DNA of 64,000 bases from Podarcis gaigeae (Eukaryota). The stretch is taken from assembly GCA_964106915.2 (NCBI GenBank), contig OZ066920.1; one strand, given 5' to 3'. How positions within the stretch are numbered: position 1 is the stretch's first letter; each line of letters starts with the position of its first letter. A model generated the notes under the pieces. The model had not been told where the DNA came from, made no database searches, and worked only from the letters and a program-made list of their open reading frames with translations. Position numbers and translations under genes: made by a program. Shown one piece after another: positions 50,751 to 60,997 of this stretch.

Positions 50751-50972
50751 CGTTTGGAGTGTGAGTGCCTTGGACGATGGCCTGGGAGACCAGGGCCAGA
50801 ATCCTACTCAGCCGTGAAGCTCCCTGGGGGACCTTGGGCCAGCCACTCCCACTCAGCCTAACCTGCCTCACAGGGTTGCTGTGTGGCCAAAGGGGGGGGG
50901 GGGAGCCATGCTCACCACCTTGAGCTCCTTGGAGGACAAGGTGGCATATGAATGTAGTAAATAATAATAAAT
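50751..50972 (+). mobile_element. tRNA/CORE-type SINE with an L2-like tail (Squam3/MIR-like)
   Basis: ctgggagaccagggccagaatcc...accttgggccag...cagcctaacctgcctcacagggttgctgtg...gagctccttggag...(AAT)n. Confidence 0.75.
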
Positions 50973-52816
50973 AAGAAACGAAGTTTTGTTTGACTTCCGT
51001 TGGCCAGGTAATCTTCTCTACCTGAGTCTAGTTGGAAACCTTAGGATTCAACCGAGGTTAGTTCCCATGAACTGACCATGAACCCTACACCTGCTTCTTG
51101 GGAAGGATGCCCCGCTTATTCCAAGTGGATCGATTCCCCATCCAGTGAGCCTTCGCTGGAAGCCGTCCCTCTCCTAACCAGGCTCAGTGCTGCGTCTTTG
51201 AGGTCCTGCTAAGCTATGCCCTCGAAAGGCCAACACAAAAACCCCCTTCCTAGGGGGGAACGAGCATCAAATGTCTTCCTTCCGGATGAGCCTTCTGAGC
51301 AATGGCGCGCTGCAGCCTGGCTAGAGGTGCGGCACAACGCGTAGCTCGCGTACTCAGAAGTAAGTCCTCCGCAATTCAATAGGTCTTACTTCCAAGTAAG
51401 TATCATAAGATATTCAAAAGCCATTGAAGACCTTACTCCTGAGTAAAATGTGCATAAGGTGACGCGCATCAGTTTCACTGAAAATCAGTGAAATTCTTAC
51501 AATACTCCGAAGTTAAACTTACCGTTTTCAACTGTTTTCAGGATCGGTGTGAAAGGGAAGAATATAGTTGGCTGGTTCGAGATCCACCCCCGTCCACCAC
51601 AGGACTGCGCGATAGTGCTTGTAGTCAGTCGAGAAAATCCACTCTGGAGTTTCATTTGGACTCGGCAAGCGAAGGGAAGCTCGTAACTCCCCTTCGCCTT
51701 CTGACCAGCTCCTGCCACAGGCAAGGCCTCTCGTGTGTATGTGTTGTCACTGTTGCGTGTGTGTTGTGCGCAGATTTCTGCATGAGCAAGATGGGGACTG
51801 ATTGGAATCCCATTTACTCATCCCGGTTCTCGCGTCGCTAAGAGTCTCCAAAGAGGAGCCCCGACGTTTATCCAAAGACGACTTAGAGGAAGAAGACAGG
51901 CCTTCTCAGTGAATACGGCTCTGGAGGGCGGACAGAAGAGGAGGAATATAGGAGCATCGAGCTTTCAAACAACTTCCGAATTGCCCAGCATTAGGTTAAA
52001 GCCGTCCTTCTTGCTAACTGCGTTTCAAGTAAGCTAGAACCCAAATCTTTAAAGAAAAAGAAGCTAGAATTCATCTAACCAATTTGTTTTAAAAGTCCCG
52101 AAACTCTTAACCCAACTAGGCGTGTTTTGGTTTCCACTAGGCGCTTGAGGCTTCGCGCGCTTTCTCTGATGCAGAGAAAGGTTCTAGCAAGCCACACTCA
52201 GTTCATTATGAAAGGCAAGAGTAGTCTCGGTTGATGATAGTCAACGTTCCTCGTACTCAAGAGTAGACCCACTGAAACCAATGGTTTATGCTTTTCAAGC
52301 CGCCACCTCCCGCTTGGAGTATCATAATGTGGCTTTAATAGTAGTTGTACTTCAGGATTGCTATATTGGCTGCGATTGTGTGGAACGCGAGGCTGAATAG
52401 CAGGTACAGTCAAAGATGAAGCACTTTTAAGGCCGGAGATTGAATGAGATATGCGGTTAACATTATAAGTGAAATCAATGAGTCATAAAAATACTTTGGC
52501 TGAATACTGTGCTGTTATGTAAATGATTCCACCATTATCATGATGCCCAGATGTCGAGAATACCCCTTTTAACAGAGGTTGCAATCCTAGTCATGGACGG
52601 GAGTCAGCGGGGATGTCTAGGCAAGTATAACTCGTGGGAGCCTACCCGATTGCAAATGTGTAAGGTAACCGATGGGCTTTCCTATCAAGTAATGTTCACA
52701 GGATCAAATAAACAAAGCAATATTTAAAGTCAAGCAGGCAAAGCAATCATATACATACATAGAATAGGCAGCATCTATATATATAGGCCTCGACTAAGAG
52801 CCTAACAACCCAGTAA

Positions 52817-52878
52817 CAGAATCATAGCATTGCAGAGTTGGAAGGGACCACGTGGGTCATCTAATCCAATCTCTGCCA
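52817..52878 (-). mobile_element. Short CR1 3'-tail fragment
   Basis: agaatcatagcattgcagagttggaagggacc...ggtcatctaatcc. Confidence 0.65.
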
Positions 52879-53529
52879 ACAAGAAAGACCCTATTTTCAG
52901 TCCGACTTGTCCTAGGACTTCCATGGGCTGCAACTCAGGGAGTTGGCAGACTTTAGGCTTTTCTGATCTATTTTGCTTTTTACTAGAATCCCAAGATCTA
53001 TCAACCAGATTCTAGTGCCTCTGAGCCCATTCCGGGCCTAGGAGTTGGTCTGCAGTATCAGAACTGAGCTCACAACCCCAAAACAACCCCCCAACCCCCT
53101 TCATTTCAGCAGTTTACTTTGGACGAAGCAGGAAGTAATTTTGCTAAACAGTTGGGAGTCTGAAACCAAACTGCTTGTGAATCTAGTGCATGTCAGGCAA
53201 AGATTTACCATAGATTCAGCTCTGTCTTTACTTGAGAATAAAGTGTATATTTGGGAGTAAGGTTGCAGTCTTATTCACAGTTTAGACGAGGAATGGTAAG
53301 CGTGCCAACAAGATTTGATGATGTATGAAACATGATACTCCAAGTTCATATGTGCATTTTAAATACGCATGTTATTCATACAGGCCATCTTGGAGAGGGC
53401 CTACTCTAAGCACAGTAAGCCCATTGGCAAGCAATATCAAGAGCTAAAATTAGTTCGTTATCTTTCCCGCATCTCTTTGCATTATACTAGAAAATAACAG
53501 ACAGGTATTATTGTTTAAGTTAAGAAAGG

Positions 53530-54462
53530 GGGAAAAAATCTCCAACAGCAATTTAATATATGGTTTGTGAGAATTTGGTCGGTCCTTACCAGAATACACA
53601 TCTATAAACCATAAATAAAGCGTACAAAAACGATAAATTAATTCGATCGGAGTCGTTTACTCTCCCGGTAACATCAAAACTTCCTGTGTCAAATTACAAT
53701 CTAAAGTCCATTTTTGGGTACCCCCCTCCCCCGAGTTCATACAGCCTTTTTGATCCTCAGTTTTGAAATCTAACACCGGTTCACACACACACTTATTTCT
53801 GTGTCACTTTCACACCCAAAAATAGATATATTTATAACTCCCCGCAACAAACAAAATAAAGAAACAGACAAGGAGACTCCTAAAAGGAAACCTCCAACTC
53901 AAATAAAATTTAAATCGGTGTCTGAAGAAAAGTGACGGTGGTCAAGAGCCGAAGCCCACGGAACTGGATGTTTTCCACGCCCCACGGTTGTTGGAGATCA
54001 ATCCTGTTTTCCCGACGCCGGCGAGAAAAGAGTAGAAGAAAAATGAGCTTTAAATTACACAACAGCAAACGTCGATTGAATATTACGGGAGCCTTTTCTA
54101 AACTAGGAGCGGGGCGCGAAGTCCAGGATTCTTTGCCAAAAGTGGTGCGCGGGAGAGATGGGGTCAGTGCGCTCCTCATAGAAAGTTCTCTTTTTCATTT
54201 AAAAAATAGGGCTAGAGAATCTTTAGTTGATACAAAGGCGCCGGAGCTCCCAGGTAGTGGGTGGAGGCCACCGGATTGTTTTAGTCCGATGGGCTTTGGA
54301 TATGGATTGGGATCGGGAGGCGACGCCGTGGAATAAACTGACCTGGCTTTGGATTCTTTCCAAAGTCTACATCATATCTCAAATCTCCTCCTGCCCAGAG
54401 AAGTCTCGGGTTTGTCCTGGGGAGAGAAAGAGGGCATTGGCCCTTGGGGGGTGGGATGCCCT
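53530..54462 (-). other. FOXA2: FOXA2 3'UTR (distal end approximate)
   Basis: Follows the stop codon, is AU-rich in its distal part, and ends near a candidate ATTAAA. Confidence 0.6.
53552..53557 (-). terminator. Candidate FOXA2 polyadenylation signal ATTAAA
   Basis: The minus strand reads ccatatATTAAAttgctgttggagattttttcccccttt, with a GU/U-rich downstream element. Confidence 0.55.
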
Positions 54463-55746
54463 TTAGGAAGAGTTCATGATGGGCCTGGGGTAGACCCCTT
54501 GGTAATAGGAGGCGTCTCCGGCCAAGGGCGAGGTCTCCAGGGCGCTTTTGTTCGTGACGGAGCCCATGGCCAGGCTGCCGGGCACCGGCGAGCCGTAGCT
54601 GCTGTAGTGCATCACCTGCTCATAGGCTTTGAGGTCCATTTTGTGGTGCGGGTGGTGCGGGTGGTGCGGGTGGGGGTGGTGCTGGTGCGGATGGTGCGGA
54701 TGGTGGGGGTGCTGCTGCTGCTGCTGCTGCTCTGTGGAGGACATCAGGTTGGTGATGGAGAAGGGGTGGTTGAAGGCGTAATGGTGCTCCGCCTTGAGGT
54801 GCGCCTCGTGGGAGAGCCCCGCGTGGGCGTGATGCTGCGCCAGCAGGTGCTGCTGCTGCGCCGGCGACGGGGCAGGCTCCGGGTGGCCCTTCAGGTCGGC
54901 CAGGGCGCGCTTGTGCTCGTGGCAAGGGGAGGCGCTGGAGTGCGGCGATTCCGGAGCCCCGTTGGGCAGGTCGCGTTCCTGCGGCGCCTGCGAGGCCGCC
55001 TTCTTACCTTGCGACGGGGCTCCCGCCGACGAGGCAGGCGAGGCGCCCTGATTCTGCTGCTGCTGCTGCTGTTTGGAGCCCAGCGGCTTGTCGCACTTGA
55101 AGCGCTTCTGGCGCCGCAGGTAGCAGCCGTTCTCGAACATGTTGCCCGAGTCCGGGTGCAGAGTCCAGAAGGAGCCTTTGCCCGGCTTGTCCGGCGAGCG
55201 CGGNNNNNNNNNNNNNNNNNNNNNNNNNNNNNNNNNNNNNNNNNNNNNNNNNNNNNNNNNNNNNNNNNNNNNNNNNNNNNNNNNNNNNNNNNNNNNNNNN
55301 NNNNNNNNNNNNNNNNNNNNNNNNNNNNNNNNNNNNNNNNNNNNNNNNNNNGCCATGGTGATGAGGGAGATGTACGAGTAAGGCGGCTTGGCGTGCGTGT
55401 AGCTCCGGCGATAGCTCTTGGCGTCGCGGGAGCGGCCCAGGCCCGCCGCTTGTCCGTACGCGCCGCTGCCGCCGGCCCCGACGGGACTCAGCGCCGAGTA
55501 AGCGCCCAGCGCGCCCCCCATCGAGCCGGCCTGCGCGCCCAGCGGGCTCAGGCTGGGGCTCAGGTGCGCTGCCATGCTGGCCATGGCCCCCGCGCCGGGA
55601 GAGAGGTTCATGCCCGCCGGGCCGGCCGCGTAAGACATGCCCATGGAGCCGCCGGACGCCACCGTCGTCATGTTGCCCGCCGTGCCCATGGCTGGCATGC
55701 TCATGTAGCTGTTCATGCCCAGCCCCGCGTTCATGGTGGAGTAACC
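54463..55746 (-). CDS. FOXA2: FOXA2 last coding exon: forkhead domain (partly N-masked), eh1/region II, C-terminal region III, TAA stop
   Basis: The acceptor tttgcag|GGT at 55747/55746 is in frame with the previous exon. The ORF has [19 protein letters not shown]...[60 protein letters not shown] and [14 protein letters not shown]. The GSFW forkhead variant and the C-terminus indicate FOXA2 rather than FOXA1 or FOXA3. Confidence 0.97.
   Translation of the reverse strand, partial: GYSTMNAGLGMNSYMSMPAMGTAGNMTTVASGGSMGMSYAAGPAGMNLSPGAGAMASMAAHLSPSLSPLGAQAGSMGGALGAYSALSPVGAGGSGAYGQAAGLGRSRDAKSYRRSYTHAKPPYSYISLITMXXXXXXXXXXXXXXXXXXXXXXXXXXXXXXXXXXXXXXXXXXXXXXXXXXPRSPDKPGKGSFWTLHPDSGNMFENGCYLRRQKRFKCDKPLGSKQQQQQQNQGASPASSAGAPSQGKKAASQAPQERDLPNGAPESPHSSASPCHEHKRALADLKGHPEPAPSPAQQQHLLAQHHAHAGLSHEAHLKAEHHYAFNHPFSITNLMSSTEQQQQQQHPHHPHHPHQHHPHPHHPHHPHHKMDLKAYEQVMHYSSYGSPVPGSLAMGSVTNKSALETSPLAGDASYYQGVYPRPIMNSS
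55204..55351. other. 148-nt run of N inside the forkhead-coding sequence
   Basis: Seen directly; the reading frame is preserved across it. Confidence 0.99.
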
Positions 55747-56633
55747 CTGCAAAGGCGACAAGAGCGGGGAGCCCAGCGGTTAGAGGAGGTGGCCCACCTG
55801 TCTCCCACCCGAGACCCACAACTCCCTGGCCACGGGATGGTGGGCAACCCAGCCCTCAGCCCCAACCACCGCATATTTCGAGGGAGCTTTCTTTGGTGTA
55901 ACGGTCTCCTTCGGAGTCTGTGTGATACAATGGAAGGTGAAAGTACCCAGCGCCCCAGTGAACATGGTGCAGGCACTCTTGGCCCCTTGAATTTAAATGG
56001 AAGGCTACAGCAGGTGCTTGAATCTGGGGGGCAGTTAAATTGAAACCGGTCAGATTTACATCCGAGTAAACACGGTCCGGAAGCTGTACGCCGGCTCCCT
56101 GGCCAATAAAGCGAGATGAGCGCCGCAACCCCAGAGTCGGTCACGACTAGACCTAGTAGTCAGGGGTCGCTTTATCTTTACCTTAAACACGGGAGAGAAT
56201 CGGCTTGTAAATCTCGCCAAATACAATTTAAAAAGTGGCAGGGGGAGCGCCTAACTTAGACTCGATCGTGTCTATGGTTAGGATAGGGGTCCAAGCATTG
56301 CAAACTTGGATACCAAATGCGCTAAGCTGATACAGGTCTCAGTGAAATCGATGACATACAAAACAACAACAACAACAACAGGACAAAGTCGACCAGTCTG
56401 GTCATAACAGTATTCCTGCACCCTCATTTTAAAAATTCCCGTTGGCTTTAATGAGCCTTTGCCCAAGTAACGTGTTTCTTATTGCGATGGAAGAAAAGTA
56501 GGACCCAGGTGGGTGTTTAAAATATTTCCTTGTTCGTTGGCCGGGGAATTGTTCCTGTTAAAACCCAAATGCTAATGCAAATCTACCAGAAAGCAAGCCC
56601 GCTCTCTACCGCACACACTTTCCGGGTCTAACC

Positions 56634-56721
56634 GTGCAATCCTATGCTTGCTTACTCAGAAGTAAACCCCACTGTGTTTCGCGGGACTCACCCCCAGCTA
56701 AGCGCGCAGAGGATTAGAGCC
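56634..56721. mobile_element. Representative copy of a ~90-bp palindromic MITE (PIF/Harbinger-like), in the FOXA2 intron
   Basis: gtgcaatcctatgcttgcttactcagaagtaaaccccactg...gggactcacccccagctaagcgcgcagaggattagagcc; many degenerate copies occur in the window. Confidence 0.65.
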
Positions 56722-57443
56722 TCAGACCCCCATATCTGACTCCCCCGAAGCCTTAGCGATTCTCTTGGGTTTCAATGCAATTTACTTCCCAAGTCACTTG
56801 TGTTATAGTTTCTTAACCCAATAGAAGCCGGGTCCATCAAAACGACTCGATAGAATTTGTGTTTCGTTTCGGTAGGATTCGATTTCAACCCGAATTTCTC
56901 ATACACTGTCTAGGGAATATCCGTCGTGATCTTCCGACAACTTTGTTTCTTTACTGCGGGGGAGGATTGCATCGAAATCACTCGGGGGTCAAGACCTCAG
57001 CCCTAGGCAGAATTAAGCGCCATGGAAATCGGTGTGGGGGCTCTGTTCAAAATCCAAGGCTAAAAATGGGGCTGACGGCTCCAGGAGGGAACCTGAAATG
57101 TGATTTGACTCAAGGAGGGAAAAGATCTCGGTTGTCAAGATCCGGCTGGTTTCTGGAGCAAAGGAAGGAGGCACGCAACCTGGAGAGCGGCAGGAGCTTG
57201 TGCGTAAAGCTTTGCTCCGCTCATTCAAGAAAGAATTCTTGTCCGGCTTTGGGTTTCATTTGCCCCCAGACTCCGAGCCCTCCCAGGGCGAGATTTCGAG
57301 CAATAAATGCGCCCCCTCTTCCCCAGGTTCCTTATAGCTCCCCCCTCAAACGCCCTTCCTCTTCCCCCCCCCCAACCTCTCTCTGCCAAACACAACTTTG
57401 TTAGGATAGCGCGGCTAGGCATGGCAAAGGATTTGGAGGCTTC

Positions 57444-57506
57444 GCAAGTCAATATTTGATCACAAAGTTAATATTATCTCAAGGCTAACACAGTGTTGTA
57501 TAAAAA
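57444..57506. promoter_or_regulatory. Intronic FOXA/HNF1-type element
   Basis: AAGTCAATATTTG (57446-57458, overlapping forkhead sites) lies next to GTTAATATTA (57467-57476, HNF1-like), ~200 bp inside the intron. Confidence 0.6.
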
Positions 57507-57650
57507 GAGGGCGAGAGGGAGAGAGGGAGAGAGAGAGTCCTGTTTTTTAGCGGAAGGAGGAGGCTTGGGGATTGGGTGGGGGACCCACACACAAACAGAG
57601 AGAGCGAGAGAGACACCCACTCACGCAAACAGACAGAAGTTGCCATTTAC

Positions 57651-57737
57651 CTCCGGCTCGCCGTAGTAGTTGCTCCACTCCGTGTGCTCGTGTCCTTCCA
57701 TTTTCACGACTCCTAGCATACTGGAAGCGGAGTGCAT
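57651..57737 (-). CDS. FOXA2: FOXA2 first coding exon ([29 protein letters not shown]); ATG at 57737, alternative in-frame ATG at 57719
   Basis: My translation of the reverse complement matches the FOXA2 N-terminus (mammalian [23 protein letters not shown]). The exon is 87 nt and ends at a phase-0 donor GAG|GTAAAT (GT at 57650-57649). Confidence 0.95.
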
Positions 57738-58200
57738 GGCAGTTTAAAATTTAACAGCCACAACAAGCGACGACAGAGGGAGAGAGAGCAATCCAAAAAA
57801 AGGGGGGGGGAGAGAAAAGGAAAACACCCTCCTCTATAGCCCTCCCTCCTTCTCCTTGCCTCGTTCCCTCTCTCCCTCTCCCTCCCTCCCTTCTCCCTCC
57901 CTCTTTCCTTCCTTCCTTCCTTCCCTCCCTCCCTCCCTCCTTCTTCCCCCTCCCTCTATGTGTGTTTTGGGGGAGGGGGAGGGTGGGCTCGCTTTGCGTG
58001 GGGTTTCTCCCTGCCCGCTATTGCTGCTGCCGTTGCCGCTGCTACTACTACTGCTTGGGTGGGTTTCGCTGAGAAGAGTTGCCCGGAGGCGAAGGCAAGG
58101 AGGAGGAGGAGGAGGAGGAGGGTGGAAGGAGGAGGAGGAAACGAAGTGGTGCAGTGACGTGGGTGCCGGAGTGATATAGCAGCCAGAGGCCAGGCTAGCC
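57738..58200 (-). promoter_or_regulatory. FOXA2: FOXA2 proximal promoter and 5'UTR of the long (MHSASS) isoform
   Basis: Contains ttgttgtggctgttaaattttaaactgccATG, a GA-rich purine tract (57845-57955), TATA-like gcTATATc (~58174-58179) and a CRE/E-box-like TGACGTGG (58155-58162); CpG-rich. Confidence 0.65.
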
Positions 58201-59346
58201 TCCAATCCCCAGGACCTAGGCAGGCGATTTGAATAATCAGCTCCCACCTAGGGCTCTCCTCGCCAAGACGCCGGCTGCTGCCCTTGAGCACCCGTGGGCG
58301 CAACCTGGGGGGAGGCTTTTTGCCCCCGGACTAAAATCACCTTCTTATGCTATACCCTGGTCATGAATCTGGAAGGACTACCTCCCGGTTTCCTACTGAC
58401 TTGGATAGTTTCAGTACTCTAGTTCACCCATCCGCACGCCTCCAGGCCGTGCTGCTGAAGAACATTTCTACGGTTGCTTTCATGTTTTGCGGTGGATTGC
58501 TCAGAGGGGGCTGACCCTATATATCTAGGGATTTTATGTTACGATCGTCATCAACAATCACAACAAACATCTTCCTCCAAGGAACTTGCGAGGTTGAATA
58601 GAAATGCTTTAAATGTATGTATGCACACAATATAGTCAAACCAGGCACGCAGTTCGTTGATTACTATGGGGATTTAGACGCTTGCTTAAGGTTGCGCAGT
58701 CCTATGCACACTTAGTAGGTGGTCCTATTGGAATGTGTAGAATGTATAGGATTGAAATCAATAGGGCTGAAAAGTGCATGCCTTAAACTAGATCGCACCA
58801 TAGGCAGAGAAAAGAAATAAAGTTGATGCTTTAACCATGGTCTGTTTCTTCAGAAGGTAACTAAGGAAACCTCCGGCAGCCACAGTCCAGACTTTCGACT
58901 TCGGTTGAAATGCTTGGATTTCAAAAATTCCAGAGGAACTAGGCTGATAGTAATCACATTGGCCTAGCCATCCACTTCCCAAACTATTCGCTTGGCATAA
59001 AGGGCGGACGGGGGTCGTAAGGAAGGCATTTCATTTCCCCAGTTCTAACTCTGCTAAAGATTTCAATAGAAGATTGATTGGTTCGCTGACAGCTAAAATG
59101 GAACCTCTGTGCTCAAGAGCAGTATATCTTTGAGTACCTACTGCTCTAGGCTAGACAACCAACAGGAAATGGCGTCAGAAACAGAATGCAGCAAAGCAGT
59201 TCTGCCGCGGCCCCCTTGCGCTCCTGGCCATCCGGAAGGGCCTCGCGCCCTGGGCATCCACCGCCGCCCCCGACCTGCCTTCAGAGCAGGCGGCCAGCAG
59301 GAGCTCGCCGGGTGTACCCGGCACCCTAGGGGTGACCCATCGCCAA

Positions 59347-59368
59347 CATTTCCTAACTAAAACAAACC
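59347..59368 (-). promoter_or_regulatory. Candidate upstream (exon-1) FOXA2 promoter element GGTTTGTTTTAGTTAGGAAATG
   Basis: Resembles the rodent HNF-3beta promoter FOXA/C/EBP element TGTTTGTTTTAGTTACGAAATG (recalled, not aligned). It lies in a CpG island ~1.6 kb upstream of the ATG. Confidence 0.5.
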
Positions 59369-59995
59369 GCCTCACGCAGCTGGGCTAGTGCGAAATGTTC
59401 CAGGCGAACCGCTGAAGAAAGACTGGCAGGGACTCGGTCGGCCAACCGCACTGAGGCGCCTTGGCAGCGAGCGCCAGCGCAGGAGCCGGCGCGGGCGAAG
59501 AAAGGAACAGGCAGGCGACCCCAGAGCAAAGGGCTTCAGCGGATTGAGGGAACCAGCTTTGAGCCGGCAGGTCGGCCTCACGGAGACCTTAGCCCGGCGA
59601 CGTTCAAGGGGCCCGAGGCTCCAGGATCGCCACAGTCAACTCTGCTGGCTTCCAGGAGAAAAACTCTGTTGGCTTTCTAGAGAGCGTGACTCCCCCGGCC
59701 AGATCTGTTGAAATTGTCGGGACGGGAATGTGCTTCGGAGCTGCGCCATCGTCCCGCACGTTTCAGCGTCTCTCTACGTGCGTCTCTCTACGTACAAAGG
59801 TTCCGTGGGACTTGAAAATGCTTAGCGTGGAGTTGCACCCTGTGGTGGGCCGCCAGGCAGTGCCCTCTCTTCCCCCAGAAGCAGCTGAAATGCCCTTTTG
59901 TTTCAGCAGGAGAGAAACGCTCCATCCCTTTCAAATCCGAGGCCTTCAAAGTACCTCGTTCTGGCTGGATCCCGCACTAAAGCATGTAAGCTCTC

Positions 59996-60133
59996 AAGGA
60001 GAGTTGGGGAAACGGATGACCTCCAGGTGTCTGGACTCCAGTTCCCACCATCCCTGACCATTTGCCGAGCGGACAGGTGCTGATGGGAGATGGAGTTCAG
60101 TGTCACCTGCAGCGCCACAAGGTCCCCTCCTTT
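59996..60133. mobile_element. Palindromic hAT-like MITE (related copy at ~32850-32983)
   Basis: ctccaggtgtctggactccagttcccaccatccctgacca...gctgatgggagatggagttcag...cacctgcagcgccacaagg, with an inverted structure. Confidence 0.6.
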
Positions 60134-60802
60134 GATCTAAGATGAAGGCCTGCTGTTCAGGCAGGTCTGGTAGTTTATTCCAGAATTATGATCAAGAGCT
60201 GCTGTCGCCGAGCAGGAAATGTATTGCTCAAAGGCGCTTTTTTCTTATTCCTAGGGAAGTACTACCAGAATCAAGGCTGCGCATGGAAAAGATGCTGGAG
60301 CTTTCTCGGATGAAAGGAGCAAGCGATCCAGGGTTTGCTTTAATGGGGAAATGTTTGCTCTCTTGTTTAAAAGATGGCATTCGTGTGAGCAAGCATGCCA
60401 CTGGGAAGTGAACTCTCCTCGAATGTGACATTAGCGCTTTCTTCCCTTCAAAGCGCTTCGCAGGCGCGCGATCTCAGTCAGAAGTCACCCTATTATAGCA
60501 ATGCTTCCCCGGCGGTTTTAGTGGGCAGGAGGCTGGGTCTTGGCGCGGACCTTTCCCGAGCGCCACCAATCGAGAACTTCCTGGCTCGCTGCTTGATCTC
60601 CCATGCATTCAGTTGGACTTAACTTCCAAAATCAACCTACAGTATTTGGGTTCGTGCGCAAGGAACTTCGGACGGGGGAGGGATTCAGAAACTCACCAAG
60701 CCCTCATCAAAGGGAACTAGTGTTGTTCAAAAATAAAGCAACAATAAGTATTTGTTGCCTTTCTGTTATTTATTTTTAAATACATCACAGCAAAGAATAG
60801 AC

Positions 60803-60997
60803 TAAAGGATACCAACTTGACTAAAACATTGGGAGGACGCGACGGCAGGTAAGTCCCGCCCTGCCTAACCGATCACAAGACTCGGCGCAAGTACACCATT
60901 TGAATGGCAGTGCCCATCAACTTGGGGGAGGACGGCCACCTCAAATATTTAAGGGGGGGCTGAAGGAACGTCGACCCCCTAGGAATTGGCTCCTATG
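60803..60997. mobile_element. Old hAT-like MITE, same family as 34395-34572
   Basis: Colinear similarity with the 34.4-kb copy. Confidence 0.65.

Larger units (their letters stand above)
55747..57650 (-). other. FOXA2: FOXA2 intron between the coding exons (GT...AG, ~1.9 kb)
   Basis: Canonical GTAAAT donor and tttgcAG acceptor; the join reads EPE|GYS as in other vertebrates. Confidence 0.92.

Noticed and set aside
37690-51460. Recurring palindromic units as a CRISPR-like array
   Set aside because: This is eukaryotic DNA. The copies are divergent and irregularly spaced, with no spacer periodicity or cas genes; dispersed MITEs explain them better.
55747-55761. ORF-track start MSPLQ for FOXA2
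   Set aside because: These bases are the intron's acceptor region with a non-ATG start; the real start is at 57737 or 57719.
54349-56043. 564-aa plus-strand ORF (and the alternative-frame ORFs 55004-55819 and 54620-54925)
   Set aside because: These are antisense or frame shadows of the GC-rich FOXA2 exon. They are low complexity and artificially extended through the N-run.
56859-57404. 181-aa plus-strand ORF in the FOXA2 intron (and similar 100-160-aa ORFs at 3858, 6691, 35343, 40643 and 48703)
   Set aside because: No homology or domain signal that I recognise and no supporting exon structure; expected by chance.
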